DNA of 63,468 nucleotides, counting the filler, from Candidatus Fermentibacterota bacterium (lineage in GTDB: Bacteria > JAFGKV01), in the NCBI GenBank assembly GCA_016928395.1. It is 11 parts of 11 records of this genome, joined end to end, with 100 filler letters (N's around TTAATTAATTAA, not from the genome) between each part and the next. Parts side by side here need not be neighbours in the genome. Positions count along the whole stretch, not along the records: positions 1 to 7,052 come from JAFGKV010000328.1; positions 7,153 to 15,274 come from JAFGKV010000052.1; 9 more parts are not named here. One strand, written 5' to 3'. A model generated the notes under the pieces. That model worked only from the letters and a program-made list of their open reading frames with translations. It was not told the origin of the DNA and made no database searches. This document shows, piece after piece, positions 1 to 10,954 of the stretch (the first letter of the stretch is position 1; the number at the start of each line of letters is the position of its first letter). Made by a program: the position numbers and the translations under genes.

Positions 1-22
1 GGCGACCTACTCCCTGCTGGCC

Positions 23-1324
23 ATGCCCCATGATCCGGCCACCCTCTGGGCCGGTACCGAGATCGGCCTGTTCGAGTCGACGGACAACGGGCAGAGCTGG
101 CACTATGCCGACAACGGCCTTCCCGCGGTGTCCATCTGGCAGCTCGGCATCACCGATGACCAGGTGATAGCCGCCACCCATGGCCTCGGCATTTGGACCG
201 TCACCATCCCGGAATTGCCGCCCTTGCCCGTGGTGACCCGGGTGCCACGGATCGCGGGGCTCGCGCAGGGTCCGGACGGCGTCTTGGCCATCGGCCTCGA
301 CCTCCGGTCGCCCTATGACTCGACACAGGTTCTGGTGAATGAGGCGGTGTTCACGACAATCCCCTGCAATGCCGACACTGTTTCCATGGTGATCGACTAC
401 CCTGTGACCCAGGCCATCACTCTGCAGGTCAAGGCCCTTGCACTTCGGGACGGCGAGATCTACCCGTCGGCCCCGCGGACGATTGAGGTGACACCACTGC
501 AGCAGCCCCAGGCTGGGTATGCCACGAACTTCGACGATATGCCCGCGGATTTCTCGGGCTCTGGCTTCTCCATCAGAACCTGGCCTGGTTTCACCAGTCC
601 TGCGGCGCATACGACCCATCCCCATGCCGATGGAGTGAATCTGACCTTCAGCCTGATGATACCCATCATCGTGTCGGCTGACAGCGCGTATATCCACTTC
701 GACGAGATCGCCATCGTGGAACCGGGCGATCCCGGGTCCCAGTTCGGCGATCCCAACTTCTGGGACTATGTCATCGTTGAAGGGTCCAGCGACGGCATAA
801 CCTGGCTTCCTCTGCTCGATGGGTATGATGCCCGGGCCGATGCTGCATGGCTCAACGCGTACAATGTGGGACAAGGAGGCAGTCCCTCCCTGTTCCGGGA
901 GCGTGCCATCGACATTCACCAAACTTTCTCAGCCGGGGAGACGATTCTCATCCGATTCCGGCTGTTCGCCGACGAGTACGTCACGGGGTGGGGGTGGGTT
1001 ATCGACAATCTGGAGATCCAGCAGGAACTGCCGGTAGACGAGGTGAGCGGCACCCTTCCGAAGGAGTTCATGCTGGCACAGAACCACCCCAATCCCTTTC
1101 GTCAGAGCACTACAATCGCCTTCGCGCTGCCCAACGCCGCCGATGTTACCCTCAGCGTCTACGATCTGGCGGGCCGAATGGTATCGACTCTCGTGCAGGA
1201 GCCCTTGGATGCAGGATCCTATGAGGTGACCTGGAAGACCACAGGTCTCGCCAGCGGCGCCTATCTGGCTCGGCTGAGAGCGGGAGACTTGGAGGCAACG
1301 ATTCGAATGGCGGTCGTGAAGTAG
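23..1324 (+). CDS. Secreted protein, 5'-partial: BNR/Asp-box propeller end, jelly-roll domain, C-terminal T9SS/FlgD-like sorting domain
   Basis: GLFESTDNGQSW Asp-box; GWGWVIDNLEI; C-terminal LAQNHPNPF...YDLAGR...ASGAYL. Confidence 0.8.
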   Translation: MPHDPATLWAGTEIGLFESTDNGQSWHYADNGLPAVSIWQLGITDDQVIAATHGLGIWTVTIPELPPLPVVTRVPRIAGLAQGPDGVLAIGLDLRSPYDSTQVLVNEAVFTTIPCNADTVSMVIDYPVTQAITLQVKALALRDGEIYPSAPRTIEVTPLQQPQAGYATNFDDMPADFSGSGFSIRTWPGFTSPAAHTTHPHADGVNLTFSLMIPIIVSADSAYIHFDEIAIVEPGDPGSQFGDPNFWDYVIVEGSSDGITWLPLLDGYDARADAAWLNAYNVGQGGSPSLFRERAIDIHQTFSAGETILIRFRLFADEYVTGWGWVIDNLEIQQELPVDEVSGTLPKEFMLAQNHPNPFRQSTTIAFALPNAADVTLSVYDLAGRMVSTLVQEPLDAGSYEVTWKTTGLASGAYLARLRAGDLEATIRMAVVK

Positions 1325-1531
1325 TCACGGCGACCAGCGACTTCTGCGGCCGGGCTGAACCCTCCGCTCTCCGCCCAGGCTCCCGGCCACAGGCCTCTGA
1401 CAGGGTTGCCTGTGGCCGGGAGGATGCATAGATAGAATGCATCCCCATTGTGGCAAGCCCATGGTTCAGGTGGGCATATTCGACGATAGCGATGCCAGGC
1501 GGCCATCCAACACCCAAGAGGGACCAAGGTC

Positions 1532-2716
1532 ATGACCGAGCGGCGAGGAATCGAACGTGCAGGCAAGGCAGGCGGGTGGGCGGCCGCCATCGCGATGATG
1601 GTGCTGCTGGCGGAAGTTGTCTGGATGGTGCTTCCCTTCGTGGGGTTCATCTCGCTCCATGTGACCATGGATCCCTTCTTCCGGTTCCGGCGCCGGTGGT
1701 TCCAGCCATTCTTCATGCGCTCCTATCACCCCGCCGGTGCGCCTTTGGTGCTTATCGGCATGGGGCTCTTCCTCTCGGGCGCCATGCAGATCTACGGCCG
1801 GAAGCTCAAGGGAGGAGGTGCAGTCACCGGCGGGCTGTACCGCTGGGTGAGGCATCCACAGTACGCCTCATTGGCGGTGGTCGGCCTCGGTCTCCTGCTT
1901 CTGTGGCCACGATACTATCTACTTCTCGCCTTTGTCACCATGTGCTTCCTGTACGTCGCGTTGGCCCGAGCGGAGGAACGGCAGATGCTCAAGGAAGCCG
2001 GCGATGGGTATCGTTCTTACCTGTCGCGCACTTCCATGTTCTTTCCCGGCGACAGGCACATCCTGCGCATTGGGCCGCCCGGCCCGGCATCCTGGATTGG
2101 AGCGCTCCGCGGCGTGGGGTGGTGGGCTTTGGCCATGATCCTTGCCTTTGCCGCGGCGCTGGGGGTGAGCGCCCTCACCATCCTCCACCGGCCTCTTCCG
2201 TTGGTACATGCGCGAGGCATTGTCGGGCTAGACCGTCGGGTCTTCTACCCTGGATCCGTGACACGGGGCGAGAACCTGGTGGAGTTTTTTGGGAGAGATG
2301 CACTGGAACGCCGGTCCAGGAGAGAACTGCAGACAGAGGAGCGACTTGTCACATGTCTCAACGTGCTGGGTGAGGACCCAAGAGTTCGGCAACTGCTCGG
2401 CGCCGTGCAGGCCCCGGCCACAGTGATGGCGATCCCCTTGGAGCCTGACCGGCCGATGTTCGAGGAGGAAGAGCGCTGCCAGGAGGGGGCGGACAGAGTG
2501 CTTCGCATTTACCTCGTGGCAGCCGCTGCGAAAAGAAACCGTGACCTGGCGACCCATCGGGCGTTCGACGGCTATCTGCGGGACAAGGAAGTGAAGCTCG
2601 TCATCTCGTCTTTGGTTGATGTCGATGCGGCCAGGATTCGCCAAGTCATCCAAGTTCGGCCCTCCCGGGCGTTCTACACTACCTGGGACCGTCTCCTCGA
2701 CAAGCAGACGTTCTGA
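1532..2716 (+). CDS. Isoprenylcysteine carboxyl methyltransferase/PEMT-family membrane protein with C-terminal extension
   Basis: VTGGLYRWVRHPQY and EERQM motifs; several TM segments. Confidence 0.75.
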   Translation: MTERRGIERAGKAGGWAAAIAMMVLLAEVVWMVLPFVGFISLHVTMDPFFRFRRRWFQPFFMRSYHPAGAPLVLIGMGLFLSGAMQIYGRKLKGGGAVTGGLYRWVRHPQYASLAVVGLGLLLLWPRYYLLLAFVTMCFLYVALARAEERQMLKEAGDGYRSYLSRTSMFFPGDRHILRIGPPGPASWIGALRGVGWWALAMILAFAAALGVSALTILHRPLPLVHARGIVGLDRRVFYPGSVTRGENLVEFFGRDALERRSRRELQTEERLVTCLNVLGEDPRVRQLLGAVQAPATVMAIPLEPDRPMFEEEERCQEGADRVLRIYLVAAAAKRNRDLATHRAFDGYLRDKEVKLVISSLVDVDAARIRQVIQVRPSRAFYTTWDRLLDKQTF

Positions 2717-2799
2717 TCGAGTGACCGCGAGAGTAGTCACGCCTTCGTGGCGCGGCTGTGGTCAGCAGGCCGTTCTGAAACCCTCGGGGTGCCCGGCCC

Positions 2800-3207
2800 C
2801 TATCCCAGCCGCACGGCGATCCAGTAGCCTATCGCCGAGACCGTACCCGCCAGTATCGTGCCCCAGATCATGTCCACGACCGTGACGATGAGCGGCCAGT
2901 CACGTAGTGTGGCCAGATTGGTCAGATCATACGTGCCATAGGCCACCAGGCCCAGGAGGGCGCCGGCACGCACTGCCCTGGCCATGGATCCCTTCTCCAC
3001 GGCGGGCGCCACTGCCAGAACCACGATGCCGGCGATGAACAAGAGGTAGAAACCGAAGGCTGCGGCCCAGTTGACCCCCTCGGCCATGAGATGGCCTATG
3101 TGGCGCCCGTAGAATCTCGGAGCGACCACCCCCAGCCAGGCCGCATCCACGGCGAGAAACACGGGGATCGTTAGGAGATAGAGCACAACGACTCGGGAAA
3201 ACGCCAT
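2800..3207 (-). CDS. DUF2177-family membrane protein
   Basis: VDAAWLG and YGTYDLTNLATLRDWP...VDMIWG; ATG at 3207 after GAAAGG. Confidence 0.85.
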   Translation of the reverse strand: MAFSRVVVLYLLTIPVFLAVDAAWLGVVAPRFYGRHIGHLMAEGVNWAAAFGFYLLFIAGIVVLAVAPAVEKGSMARAVRAGALLGLVAYGTYDLTNLATLRDWPLIVTVVDMIWGTILAGTVSAIGYWIAVRLG

Positions 3208-3220
3208 GATGTGGCCTTTC

Positions 3221-4798
3221 TCAGTCGTGCTCCGAAGGGAACAAGGATGGCGAAGGGTCCGGGGCGACCCTTGCGGGAGGTGGATGCTCCGGAGGGGGCG
3301 GTCCAGGCTCGCCGGAGAGCTGACGACGCGCTCGATCAACCGGTTCCAGTGCGTCAATCTCCTTGGCGACCCCGGCGCCCAGTTCCTTGAAGCGACGCGC
3401 CGAGACCAGAACCCTGGTCTCCAGCGACCCCACGGCGCTGTTGTAGGCATCCAGCGCGGTGTCGAGCCCCCGGCCAACCCTGGCGAGATGCTCGACGAGC
3501 ACAGCCACACGGTCGTGCAACTCGCGGCCCAAGAGGCTGATCTCCTGCGCGTTCTCCGCAAGCCGCTCTTGCTGCCAACCGTAGGCAACGGCCCGCAGAA
3601 GCGCGATGAGGGTGGTCGGTGATGCAGGGATCACTCGTTCGGTGACACCCTGTTCGATCAAAGTCGGATCGCGCTCCAGGGCCGCGCTGAAAAAAGTCTC
3701 GCCGGGAAGAAAGAGCACAACGAACTCCGGCGTGGGCTGGAACTGATCCCAGTAGCTCTTGGCGCTGAGCTTCCTGATATGGCTCTTGATCTGCTGGGCA
3801 TGAGCTTCGAGAGCGGCGATGCGCGCGTCCTCGTCTTCGGCTTCCACGGCGCGCAAGTAGGCGTCCAACGGAGCCTTGGCATCCACCACGATATTCTTGC
3901 CGCCAGGGAGCTTGACGATCAGGTCGGGCCTGAGGCGACCGTCCTCGGTGGAAACCGATACCTGTTCCTCGAAATCGCAATAGGCCACCATTCCTGCCAT
4001 CTCCACGACCTTGCGGAGCTGGATCTCACCCCATCGTCCGCGCACCGTCGGCGTCTTGAGTGCCTGCACGAGCTTGCCAGTCTCGGACTTGAGTCGCTCT
4101 TGGGTAGTGACCATCGATCGAACCTGTTCGGACAGCCCCGCGTACGCGTGTACGCGGGATCGTTCAAGGCCTTGCAGGGTGGTGTCGACCTTGCTCAACG
4201 ACTCAATCACGGGCCTGACCATATCGTCGATGGCTTTCTGTCGCTTCTCCAAGTCGCCCCGGGCGCTTTCCTGGAACCGCTCGAGATGGGTGCGCGCCAG
4301 CTCCAGGAACGACTGGTTGTTCGTGCGCAAGGCTTCGGCGGAAAGGGCCTTGAAGGCGTCGGTAAGCTTGGCCTGGGCATCTGTCAGCAGGGCAAGCTTC
4401 TCCGCCGCCGCCTTACGTTCCTCCTCCCGCCGGGCATGGAGATCTGCATTGCGCTGTTGGAGGTCTTCATTCTCCTGCTGAAGCACAGCCTGCGCTGCCT
4501 CCAACTCGGGGACGCGGCCCGCCCGGGCTTCCGCGGCCGACCGTCGGGCGGTTTCCTCATGAAGCCGCGAGAGCGTCTCCTTGGCCGCGGCTTCGGCGGA
4601 GGCGACTTCGGCCGCCTTCTCCCCCAGGCGTCCTTCCGCGGACGTCAGACGCTCCTGCAGCAGGACGTGCTCACGCTCGGAGGCGTGGACCTTCCGCTCC
4701 GCCGCAGCGATGCCGCGGCGAAGAAACAACCATATGAGCAGAGCGCCCAGCGCCACGCCCGCCAGAAGCCACAGGAGCACATGTGTCGTCATCGTCAT
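3221..4798 (-). CDS. rmuC: DNA recombination protein RmuC
   Basis: N-terminal TM plus coiled coil; [33 protein letters not shown]. Confidence 0.93.
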   Translation of the reverse strand: MTMTTHVLLWLLAGVALGALLIWLFLRRGIAAAERKVHASEREHVLLQERLTSAEGRLGEKAAEVASAEAAAKETLSRLHEETARRSAAEARAGRVPELEAAQAVLQQENEDLQQRNADLHARREEERKAAAEKLALLTDAQAKLTDAFKALSAEALRTNNQSFLELARTHLERFQESARGDLEKRQKAIDDMVRPVIESLSKVDTTLQGLERSRVHAYAGLSEQVRSMVTTQERLKSETGKLVQALKTPTVRGRWGEIQLRKVVEMAGMVAYCDFEEQVSVSTEDGRLRPDLIVKLPGGKNIVVDAKAPLDAYLRAVEAEDEDARIAALEAHAQQIKSHIRKLSAKSYWDQFQPTPEFVVLFLPGETFFSAALERDPTLIEQGVTERVIPASPTTLIALLRAVAYGWQQERLAENAQEISLLGRELHDRVAVLVEHLARVGRGLDTALDAYNSAVGSLETRVLVSARRFKELGAGVAKEIDALEPVDRARRQLSGEPGPPPPEHPPPARVAPDPSPSLFPSEHD

Positions 4799-5226
4799 GC
4801 CGTTGGTGATCGGGAAGCCTTGTCTACCGAATCGCCGATAGCGACGATGGTCTCGAACTCCGGGGGCTCATGAAGGTGACGTTTCACGGTGCAGTGATCG
4901 ATCGACCTGATTAGCGCGGGGACGTACTTCTGGGGGAAGCATTCAGGCACAACAACATGGAAGATGATCTTCTTGAGCATCCTCCGGCTTGGGTCTCTCT
5001 CGGTGGAAAGAGTCATGCGCAATGCATCGGTCGGGATACCCCGGTTCTGTAGGAAGGAGAGGGCGTAGATCCCGGCGCATGTGCCCAGCGACGCGAGAAA
5101 CAGGTCAAAGGGCTCTGGAGCGCTTCCCTCTCCGCCACCGTCAACCGCCTGATCCGTGGCGACGGTGAATCCGTTGAACTCGGCGTTCACCCGGGAGTTC
5201 CCGGGAAAGGTAATGGTCAAGTCCAT
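4795..5226 (-). CDS. OsmC/YhfA-family protein
   Basis: TDQ...[20 protein letters not shown] and CTVKRHL; overlaps the rmuC start by 4 bp. Confidence 0.88.
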   Translation of the reverse strand: MDLTITFPGNSRVNAEFNGFTVATDQAVDGGGEGSAPEPFDLFLASLGTCAGIYALSFLQNRGIPTDALRMTLSTERDPSRRMLKKIIFHVVVPECFPQKYVPALIRSIDHCTVKRHLHEPPEFETIVAIGDSVDKASRSPTA

Positions 5227-5489
5227 GGGTGATCCTTCCACGCAAGGGTGAGGAGGTGGGATATCCTGCGGGCAAGATAGGGGCGAGGGCATGGAGAGCC
5301 AACGGGGGATACGATGCCGGCTCGTGGAGTTCACGACTCCCGCCAGTGCGTGATGGCGGAACGGACGGCTGGAGGAGCGAACCCGGCCAGGCCCTCCGCG
5401 CCCCACCAAAGGCTTGCGCCGACCGCACGCATCGTGGCGCGGCGGGCACATTGCGCACCCGCCGCGCCGCGTGCTATCTTGCCTGTGCC

Positions 5490-6038
5490 TCAGCGATCGG
5501 TCTGAGGCAGGAGGTAGCGGATCTCAAGAGTTGGTTTCAACGTTTCGGCGTTGAAGTGTGGAACAACATCCTGTAGATCCGCTACCTCTTCTATCATCGC
5601 GACGAACCCGTGGTTCGGGATCGTGCCTTTTGCCCAGGCATCCACGATGGGCGTCACGTGCAGTCGGCTCGCGCGCTTCGCACCCGTCACCAGCACGCGG
5701 GCCGTGGTGAACCGTGCGTCCCAGTCGAGGCTCGAGATATCATCCGACGCCTCCCAATCGCCCTTCAGCGCAGCCACGACCACGGGCACGAACTGCGCAT
5801 CCCAGGGAACGCCCGAGTCATCATGCAGCCGAAGCCCCGCATACTGGATCAGGGCACCCTCCGGAATCCCCTCCAGATCGAACCTGAGGAGCAGCCTGGC
5901 ATCCATGGCGCCGTCGGCCTCACCCGTCATGCCCGCCGCCGCGCTGGGCTGCAGCACCAGCGTCTCCGCAGCAGCCGTCGTGACCATGCCCGCGGCCCAT
6001 GCAACGACCACAAGAAGAACTATCGCGTGTCTCATCAT
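5490..6038 (-). CDS. Secreted DNRLRE-like domain protein
   Basis: Signal peptide; RLLLRFDL, VTPIVDAW, PNHGF, PTLEIRY. Confidence 0.7.
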   Translation of the reverse strand: MMRHAIVLLVVVAWAAGMVTTAAAETLVLQPSAAAGMTGEADGAMDARLLLRFDLEGIPEGALIQYAGLRLHDDSGVPWDAQFVPVVVAALKGDWEASDDISSLDWDARFTTARVLVTGAKRASRLHVTPIVDAWAKGTIPNHGFVAMIEEVADLQDVVPHFNAETLKPTLEIRYLLPQTDR

Positions 6039-6047
6039 GCACCTCCG

Positions 6048-7052
6048 TTAACGGATAAGAACCAGGGTGCCGGCTGCCGTGCCGGAGACCGAGCGCACCT
6101 TCCACAGGTAGACGCCGGCGCCGAGGGGGCGCCCCGACTCATCGGTCCCATCCCATTCCACCAGGGCACGCCCGGCAGGCCGTTCTTCGTTCAGCAGCGT
6201 CTTCATCAGGCGCCCCTGCATGTCAAACACCGCGACTTCCGCGTGACCTGCCGCCGGCAGAGACAAGACAATGGTCGCGGTCTCGCGAGCCGGATTCGGC
6301 CGCACCGCCTCTACCACCAGCCCTGTGGGCAGGGCCTCGTCCTCCGGGAGTCGAGGTGCCGGAGCGGGTGGTTGCGGCAGCCATGGGTCGTACACGATGG
6401 CGCCCGACCACGACCCGCCGAAGCTCTGGGCTGCAGGCGGGTTCTCGCCCCAGTAGTTGAGCTGAGCGTAGATCGGCACCGGGTTCTGCCCTGGCTGCCC
6501 GATGCTCGGGCCGTAGAATAGGTCGGTCGTGTTCTGCGAGAAGGCATTGGTGCCCGGGCTGTTGGGCGCCACGGTTCCCAGGTCGGCCGTCGGGCCCGTC
6601 ATGAACAGGTCGGTGACCGCCACGGCCCGGGGAAGCGGTACGACGGGCGAGCTGTAGCCCTGAATGGTGCAGCCCCGTATCGTGGCCATGGTGCCCTGGC
6701 CCCGGGTTCTGATCCCCTGGAAGCACCCTCCTGATCCATCCATCCCGCATCCCTGAATGGACACAGTGGCATTGCCCGATTCCACGTGGATCGCCGTGCC
6801 TGCCACGTTCTGGAAGGTGTTGGCGCCGACGGTCGCCTTGGCGCCCGAGCCCAAGTGTATACCGTCGCCGGGGCTGGTCCAGAATTCGTTGATATCGGCG
6901 CCCGCCCCGCCGATGTACAGGGTGGACAGGGCGTCGGTGACAGCGATCCCCGTGTCATTCTCCTGGAACCAGCACCCCTTGATCGAGCCCGCGCCCCGTT
7001 GGGAGGAGATCCCGATGTCACATTCACGGAATGTGCAGCCCGTGGCCATGAC
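6048..7052 (-). CDS. Right-handed beta-helix protein with FlgD-like C-terminal domain (5'-partial)
   Basis: Parallel beta-helix repeats; AQLNYWG; RPNP...WDGTDESGRPLGAGVY. Confidence 0.8.
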   Translation of the reverse strand, partial: VMATGCTFRECDIGISSQRGAGSIKGCWFQENDTGIAVTDALSTLYIGGAGADINEFWTSPGDGIHLGSGAKATVGANTFQNVAGTAIHVESGNATVSIQGCGMDGSGGCFQGIRTRGQGTMATIRGCTIQGYSSPVVPLPRAVAVTDLFMTGPTADLGTVAPNSPGTNAFSQNTTDLFYGPSIGQPGQNPVPIYAQLNYWGENPPAAQSFGGSWSGAIVYDPWLPQPPAPAPRLPEDEALPTGLVVEAVRPNPARETATIVLSLPAAGHAEVAVFDMQGRLMKTLLNEERPAGRALVEWDGTDESGRPLGAGVYLWKVRSVSGTAAGTLVLIR

Positions 7053-7152
7053 NNNNNNNNNNNNNNNNNNNNNNNNNNNNNNNNNNNNNNNNNNNNTTAA
7101 TTAATTAANNNNNNNNNNNNNNNNNNNNNNNNNNNNNNNNNNNNNNNNNNNN
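7053..7152. other. Artificial contig spacer; same structure at 15275-15374, 18430-18529, 26328-26427, 31964-32063, 38328-38427, 42663-42762, 52377-52476, 56459-56558, 59878-59977
   Basis: N-runs flanking TTAATTAATTAA (stops in all six frames), 100 bp each. Confidence 0.98.
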
Positions 7153-7258
7153 CCTGCCGCGATTGCTGTCCCATGGGTATGAGTGCGGTGCCCACCCGTG
7201 GGCGCTTTGCATCTTCTCGGGTCACAGGGTGCCGCACAGGCTTTGCCAGGAGGGCACG

Positions 7259-8983
7259 ATGCAACAACCATTGGCCGGACTTGTGTCTCTCATAGCAGTC
7301 CTTCTCGTCCCCAGTGTCGGCATTGCCCAAGGCCACGGCGACATGTTCGGCATTTGCGTGGAGTCGCATGAGCAGGGGTGGCCTCAGGTGTGCTACAATC
7401 CCCTGGCGGACGAGTACCTCGCCGTGTGGGAGGACTATCGCGGCGCCGGCAGCGATATCTACGGGCAGTTCATAGACGGTGACGGATCGCTCCGCGGAGA
7501 AGACATCCCGATTTGCGCATCCGCCGGCCATCAGTATTGGCCTCGGTTGGACTTTGATCCCTCCACGGCCCGCTATCTCATCGTATTCGAAGACTGGCGC
7601 AATGCTCCTGACGGCGATATCCGTGGCGTCTTTCTCAATGCCGACGGGTCGTTCTTCGACACGCCCACCTCGGAGGGAGACCATACCTTCGGCATCTGCA
7701 CCAATGCCTCGGCAATCTATACCTGTGCGGTAGCCTTCAACCCGGAGAGCCACCGCTATCTTGTGGTCTGGGGCGACTTCAGAAATGATCCCACGGGCCA
7801 GAGTTTCACCGGTGCGGATGTCTTCGGGCAGATGGTCGGCGCCGATGGCACTCTCATGTCGCCCGCGGATCCTGCCGTCAATTTCCCCGTTGCCAATCAT
7901 CCCGACATCCTCGAGAGCGTGGCTGATGTGACGTTCTGCATGGGCACCATGGAGTGGCTCGTCGCATATGGAACGGCTGCCGGATGCGTCATGGCCCAGC
8001 GCGTCAGCGCAACCGGGGCTCTGATCGATAGGGATGGAGCAGTGACTACCGTTCCTGCGCCGCTGGTCGTGTCCGCTCAGTTCCAGAACGGTCCCGACTG
8101 CTTCCAGGCCCGCGTCAAGGCCAACTGCCAGGGATTGGCATGCATCCCCGACTGGCATGAATGCGAGGTGGTCTGGAAAGGCCTGGCTGAGGGGTTCACC
8201 GACAACGATGTCTGGGGCCAACGGATCGGTTTTGTGAATGAGGCAGGTGCCTGGGTGGCGAAGTACGTCGCGGCAGACGGCACCGTCACCGAGAACGTCT
8301 CCAATCATGCCATCAGCATCCAGGCAGACTGGGTCGGCCCGGCGGACATCGATTTCAGCGTGCAGGATAATGAGTTCCTGGTGGCCTGGGGCGATCCCCG
8401 AACCCAAGGGCTTGCGGGGCAGGACCTGTACTACCAGCGCCTCTGGGTTGATGTGTCCCAGGGAGGACAGATGGTCTGGCTTGATGATGATCGCGTGAAC
8501 ACGGTGGAGGAGACCGAGAACATCCCCGTGTTCACGACCCCCGCCTATGAGGGCAGCCTGCTGGGCATAGCCCACAGCACCGCACGAAATGAGTTCCTTG
8601 TGGCATTCACCTATGTGCCGGAAGGCGCTCAAACCGGCGACATCATGGGGGTCATTGCGAGCGGTTCGCCGCCAGTGGCAGCGGATGACAAACCCGTGGT
8701 CGCCGAGCGGATCTGGCTAGAACCGTTTCGCCCGAACCCCTTTGACCACACGACCGCTGTTCGCTTCGCCATCCCCCGCGAGGGCAGAGTGACCGTCACG
8801 GTCTCCGATCTGGTGGGCCATGCTGTAGCCACCCTTTCCGACGGCGTCCGCCCGGCGGGAGCCCACACGGTCTCCTGGGACGGAACGAATGGCGCCGGCG
8901 TGCCGGTGGGCGCGGGCGTGTACGTCTGCTCAGTGCGGTGTGACGACCGCGTGGAGACGAGGCGGGTAGCGCTGATCAGGTAG
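7259..8983 (+). CDS. Secreted repeat (propeller-like) protein with FlgD-like C-terminal domain
   Basis: Signal peptide; repeated YLAVWEDYR/YLVVWGDFR...DIYGQ; RPNPF...WDGTNGAG. Confidence 0.8.
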   Translation: MQQPLAGLVSLIAVLLVPSVGIAQGHGDMFGICVESHEQGWPQVCYNPLADEYLAVWEDYRGAGSDIYGQFIDGDGSLRGEDIPICASAGHQYWPRLDFDPSTARYLIVFEDWRNAPDGDIRGVFLNADGSFFDTPTSEGDHTFGICTNASAIYTCAVAFNPESHRYLVVWGDFRNDPTGQSFTGADVFGQMVGADGTLMSPADPAVNFPVANHPDILESVADVTFCMGTMEWLVAYGTAAGCVMAQRVSATGALIDRDGAVTTVPAPLVVSAQFQNGPDCFQARVKANCQGLACIPDWHECEVVWKGLAEGFTDNDVWGQRIGFVNEAGAWVAKYVAADGTVTENVSNHAISIQADWVGPADIDFSVQDNEFLVAWGDPRTQGLAGQDLYYQRLWVDVSQGGQMVWLDDDRVNTVEETENIPVFTTPAYEGSLLGIAHSTARNEFLVAFTYVPEGAQTGDIMGVIASGSPPVAADDKPVVAERIWLEPFRPNPFDHTTAVRFAIPREGRVTVTVSDLVGHAVATLSDGVRPAGAHTVSWDGTNGAGVPVGAGVYVCSVRCDDRVETRRVALIR

Positions 8984-9145
8984 TCTGTCTCGGCGGGTTC
9001 GCTGCAGTTTGAGCCCGGGCGATGGGTGCTCGCCTATATCGCCGCCTCACGTGCCCTGCGGCATTGCCCGGCATCGTCGCAGTTCATACCGCTCCCCTTC
9101 GCGCCTGACGGCGCTCCTACACCGTGCGGGCACCACTCCGTTGTC

Positions 9146-9625
9146 TTGTAGGGGCGACCGCCCCTGGTCGCCCGCTGGGGGCGGGGTTCGGGCCAGTATC
9201 GTTATCGTTGTCGCAATCGCGATCGGGGACGACGAGCTGGGGCAGTTGAGTACGTGTACGTGTACGAGCTTTGCATGTACCCCCAAACAAGTCGCGGCGC
9301 CGGCCGACCTGGACGATGGATGGTGTGACGTCCACCCCTCTCCCCGTCATTGCCCGACTCGATCGGGCAATCCAGGCCGGAGCAGTCTTGTTGGGTTACG
9401 CATTCGCGAACCCAACCTACGTGTCTGAATACTGAGCCTCTTGTGAAACCCGCGCGGACGACACGAAGGTCGTCCCTCCATTCTTAGCACAAGGCTTGTT
9501 CCGTCTATGCTCTGGAGGGTTGGGCTATGGCCCGACCGCCCAACAGACTGGGTTTCGCAAGAACCTCCACTGACTACCTATGACTGCCGACTACCGACTG
9601 CCGACTGCCGACTGCCGACTGCTCA
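9146..9625. repeat. Cluster of REP-like palindromes (GTAG- and CGTC-type), a MITE-like inverted repeat and GACTGCC heptamers
   Basis: GTAGGGGCGACC..GGTCGCCC; CGTCATTGCCCGA..TCGGGCAATCC; GGGTT..AACCCAACCTAC; GAGCCTCTTGTGAAACCC/GGGTTTCGCAAGAACCTC. Confidence 0.7.
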
Positions 9626-9642
9626 TAGGGCGCCCCAATGCA

Positions 9643-9676
9643 CAAGGGCGCGGGCCTGACTAAGCCCACGCCCTTG
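9643..9676 (-). terminator. Hairpin, probable terminator of the porin gene
   Basis: CAAGGGCGCGGGC...GCCCACGCCCTTG just past the stop codon. Confidence 0.5.
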
Positions 9677-9697
9677 ATTCGCGACAGAGCTACCGCG

Positions 9698-10750
9698 CTA
9701 CCAGAGGAAAACCTGCTGGAGCACCAGGTGGGTAAGGCTGTCCATGTTCTCATTCTCGTAGGACACGAGCTGCGCCTCGACCTGGGTCCTGAGGGTCTTC
9801 GACCAGAAGTAAGTAAGACCGGGGGTCATCACGGTGGAGCCGTCATCATCTGTGTCGGTATTGGGGTCCCACACTGAATACCCGAAGTGCACGCCGAACT
9901 CCGGTGCCAGCTTGAACAGCGCCTTGGCGGTATAGTACTGGAACTTGTCAAAGTCCCAGTCCTCGAATGCGTCAGTCGGATTCTGAACGGCGGCGGTGTT
10001 GTCCCCCGTCCCGAACTCGACGAGCGCCTGGAGGTTCCTGTTACCGATATCGCGATTCAGGCCGAGATCGAACCCGAAGGCCATGCCGGAGTTGACCTCG
10101 GCATCTTCGCTGTGCGGGCTCGCACTCGCCGGGTCAATGAGTCCGACCATCATCGCGTTTGCGCCGACCTCGAGGCACGGAGTCAAGTTGACAACCGCGC
10201 GGGCACCGAAGTCGAGCTTGGGATCCTGGTCGGGCACGTCTTTGTCAACCGGCGAACCCGAGTATGCGCCAGCGGTGAACCTGAGCCGGGGATGCGCCAG
10301 CATCAGCTCGAGGCCATAGTTGTAGTCGGAATAGCCCAAAGTCTTCAGGTTGGAGGACGCCGGGCTGCGATCCACGGTCAGCAGCTTGCCGGTGGGGTGC
10401 AGCACCTCGCGGCTGAAGGCTTTCTTCACGTGGCCGAACCGCAGCGACAGGGCATCGCTGAACCTGGGAATCACAAAGGCATTCTGAAGGACGATGTCCC
10501 CCGTCTGGCTCATGTCAGCCTCGACGCTCCAGGCCACCTTCTTCACGATGGCGCCGGCATCCACCTCACCGCTGAAGGTGAAGCGGTTGAAGGCCATCCC
10601 GAAACCGATGTTGGACGAGTTGCCCTCGCCCTTGTCGATGACGCGAAGGTTCGGCGCCAGGTAGCCGCTGAACTTCGAGCCCTGAGCCTCGCCCGTCGAG
10701 GCAAGGCCCGCGACACACAGAACCAGTACTGCCAGAAGGATGTGCTTCAA
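9698..10750 (-). CDS. Outer-membrane porin (phosphate-selective OprO/P-like)
   Basis: Signal peptide; LRFGHVKKAFSRE; amphipathic beta strands; C-terminal aromatic residue; TTG start after GAGGAG. Confidence 0.7.
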   Translation of the reverse strand: MKHILLAVLVLCVAGLASTGEAQGSKFSGYLAPNLRVIDKGEGNSSNIGFGMAFNRFTFSGEVDAGAIVKKVAWSVEADMSQTGDIVLQNAFVIPRFSDALSLRFGHVKKAFSREVLHPTGKLLTVDRSPASSNLKTLGYSDYNYGLELMLAHPRLRFTAGAYSGSPVDKDVPDQDPKLDFGARAVVNLTPCLEVGANAMMVGLIDPASASPHSEDAEVNSGMAFGFDLGLNRDIGNRNLQALVEFGTGDNTAAVQNPTDAFEDWDFDKFQYYTAKALFKLAPEFGVHFGYSVWDPNTDTDDDGSTVMTPGLTYFWSKTLRTQVEAQLVSYENENMDSLTHLVLQQVFLW

Positions 10751-10954
10751 TGCATACGCTCCTCTGGTTGAACCCTGTGATCACCGGGAGCCGACATCTC
10801 ATAGGCTCTCCGGGCTGATCACGCCATGCAACATGATCGGGTCTCCGTGCCGGCACCACGGTACGGAGACCCGATCGAACCGCACGCAAACTTGCGACCC
10901 GGGCCGCGCCCGTCAAGCATGAGCGGGGGATCGGTTCGCTTCGGTCTCTTCAGA

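Noticed and set aside
7097-7108. TTAATTAATTAA recurring ten times
   Set aside because: Artificial linker inside N spacers, not a biological repeat.
7097-8632. Long antisense ORFs (also 3779-4873, 44673-45980, 24709-25638)
   Set aside because: Shadow frames of well-supported genes in GC-rich DNA.
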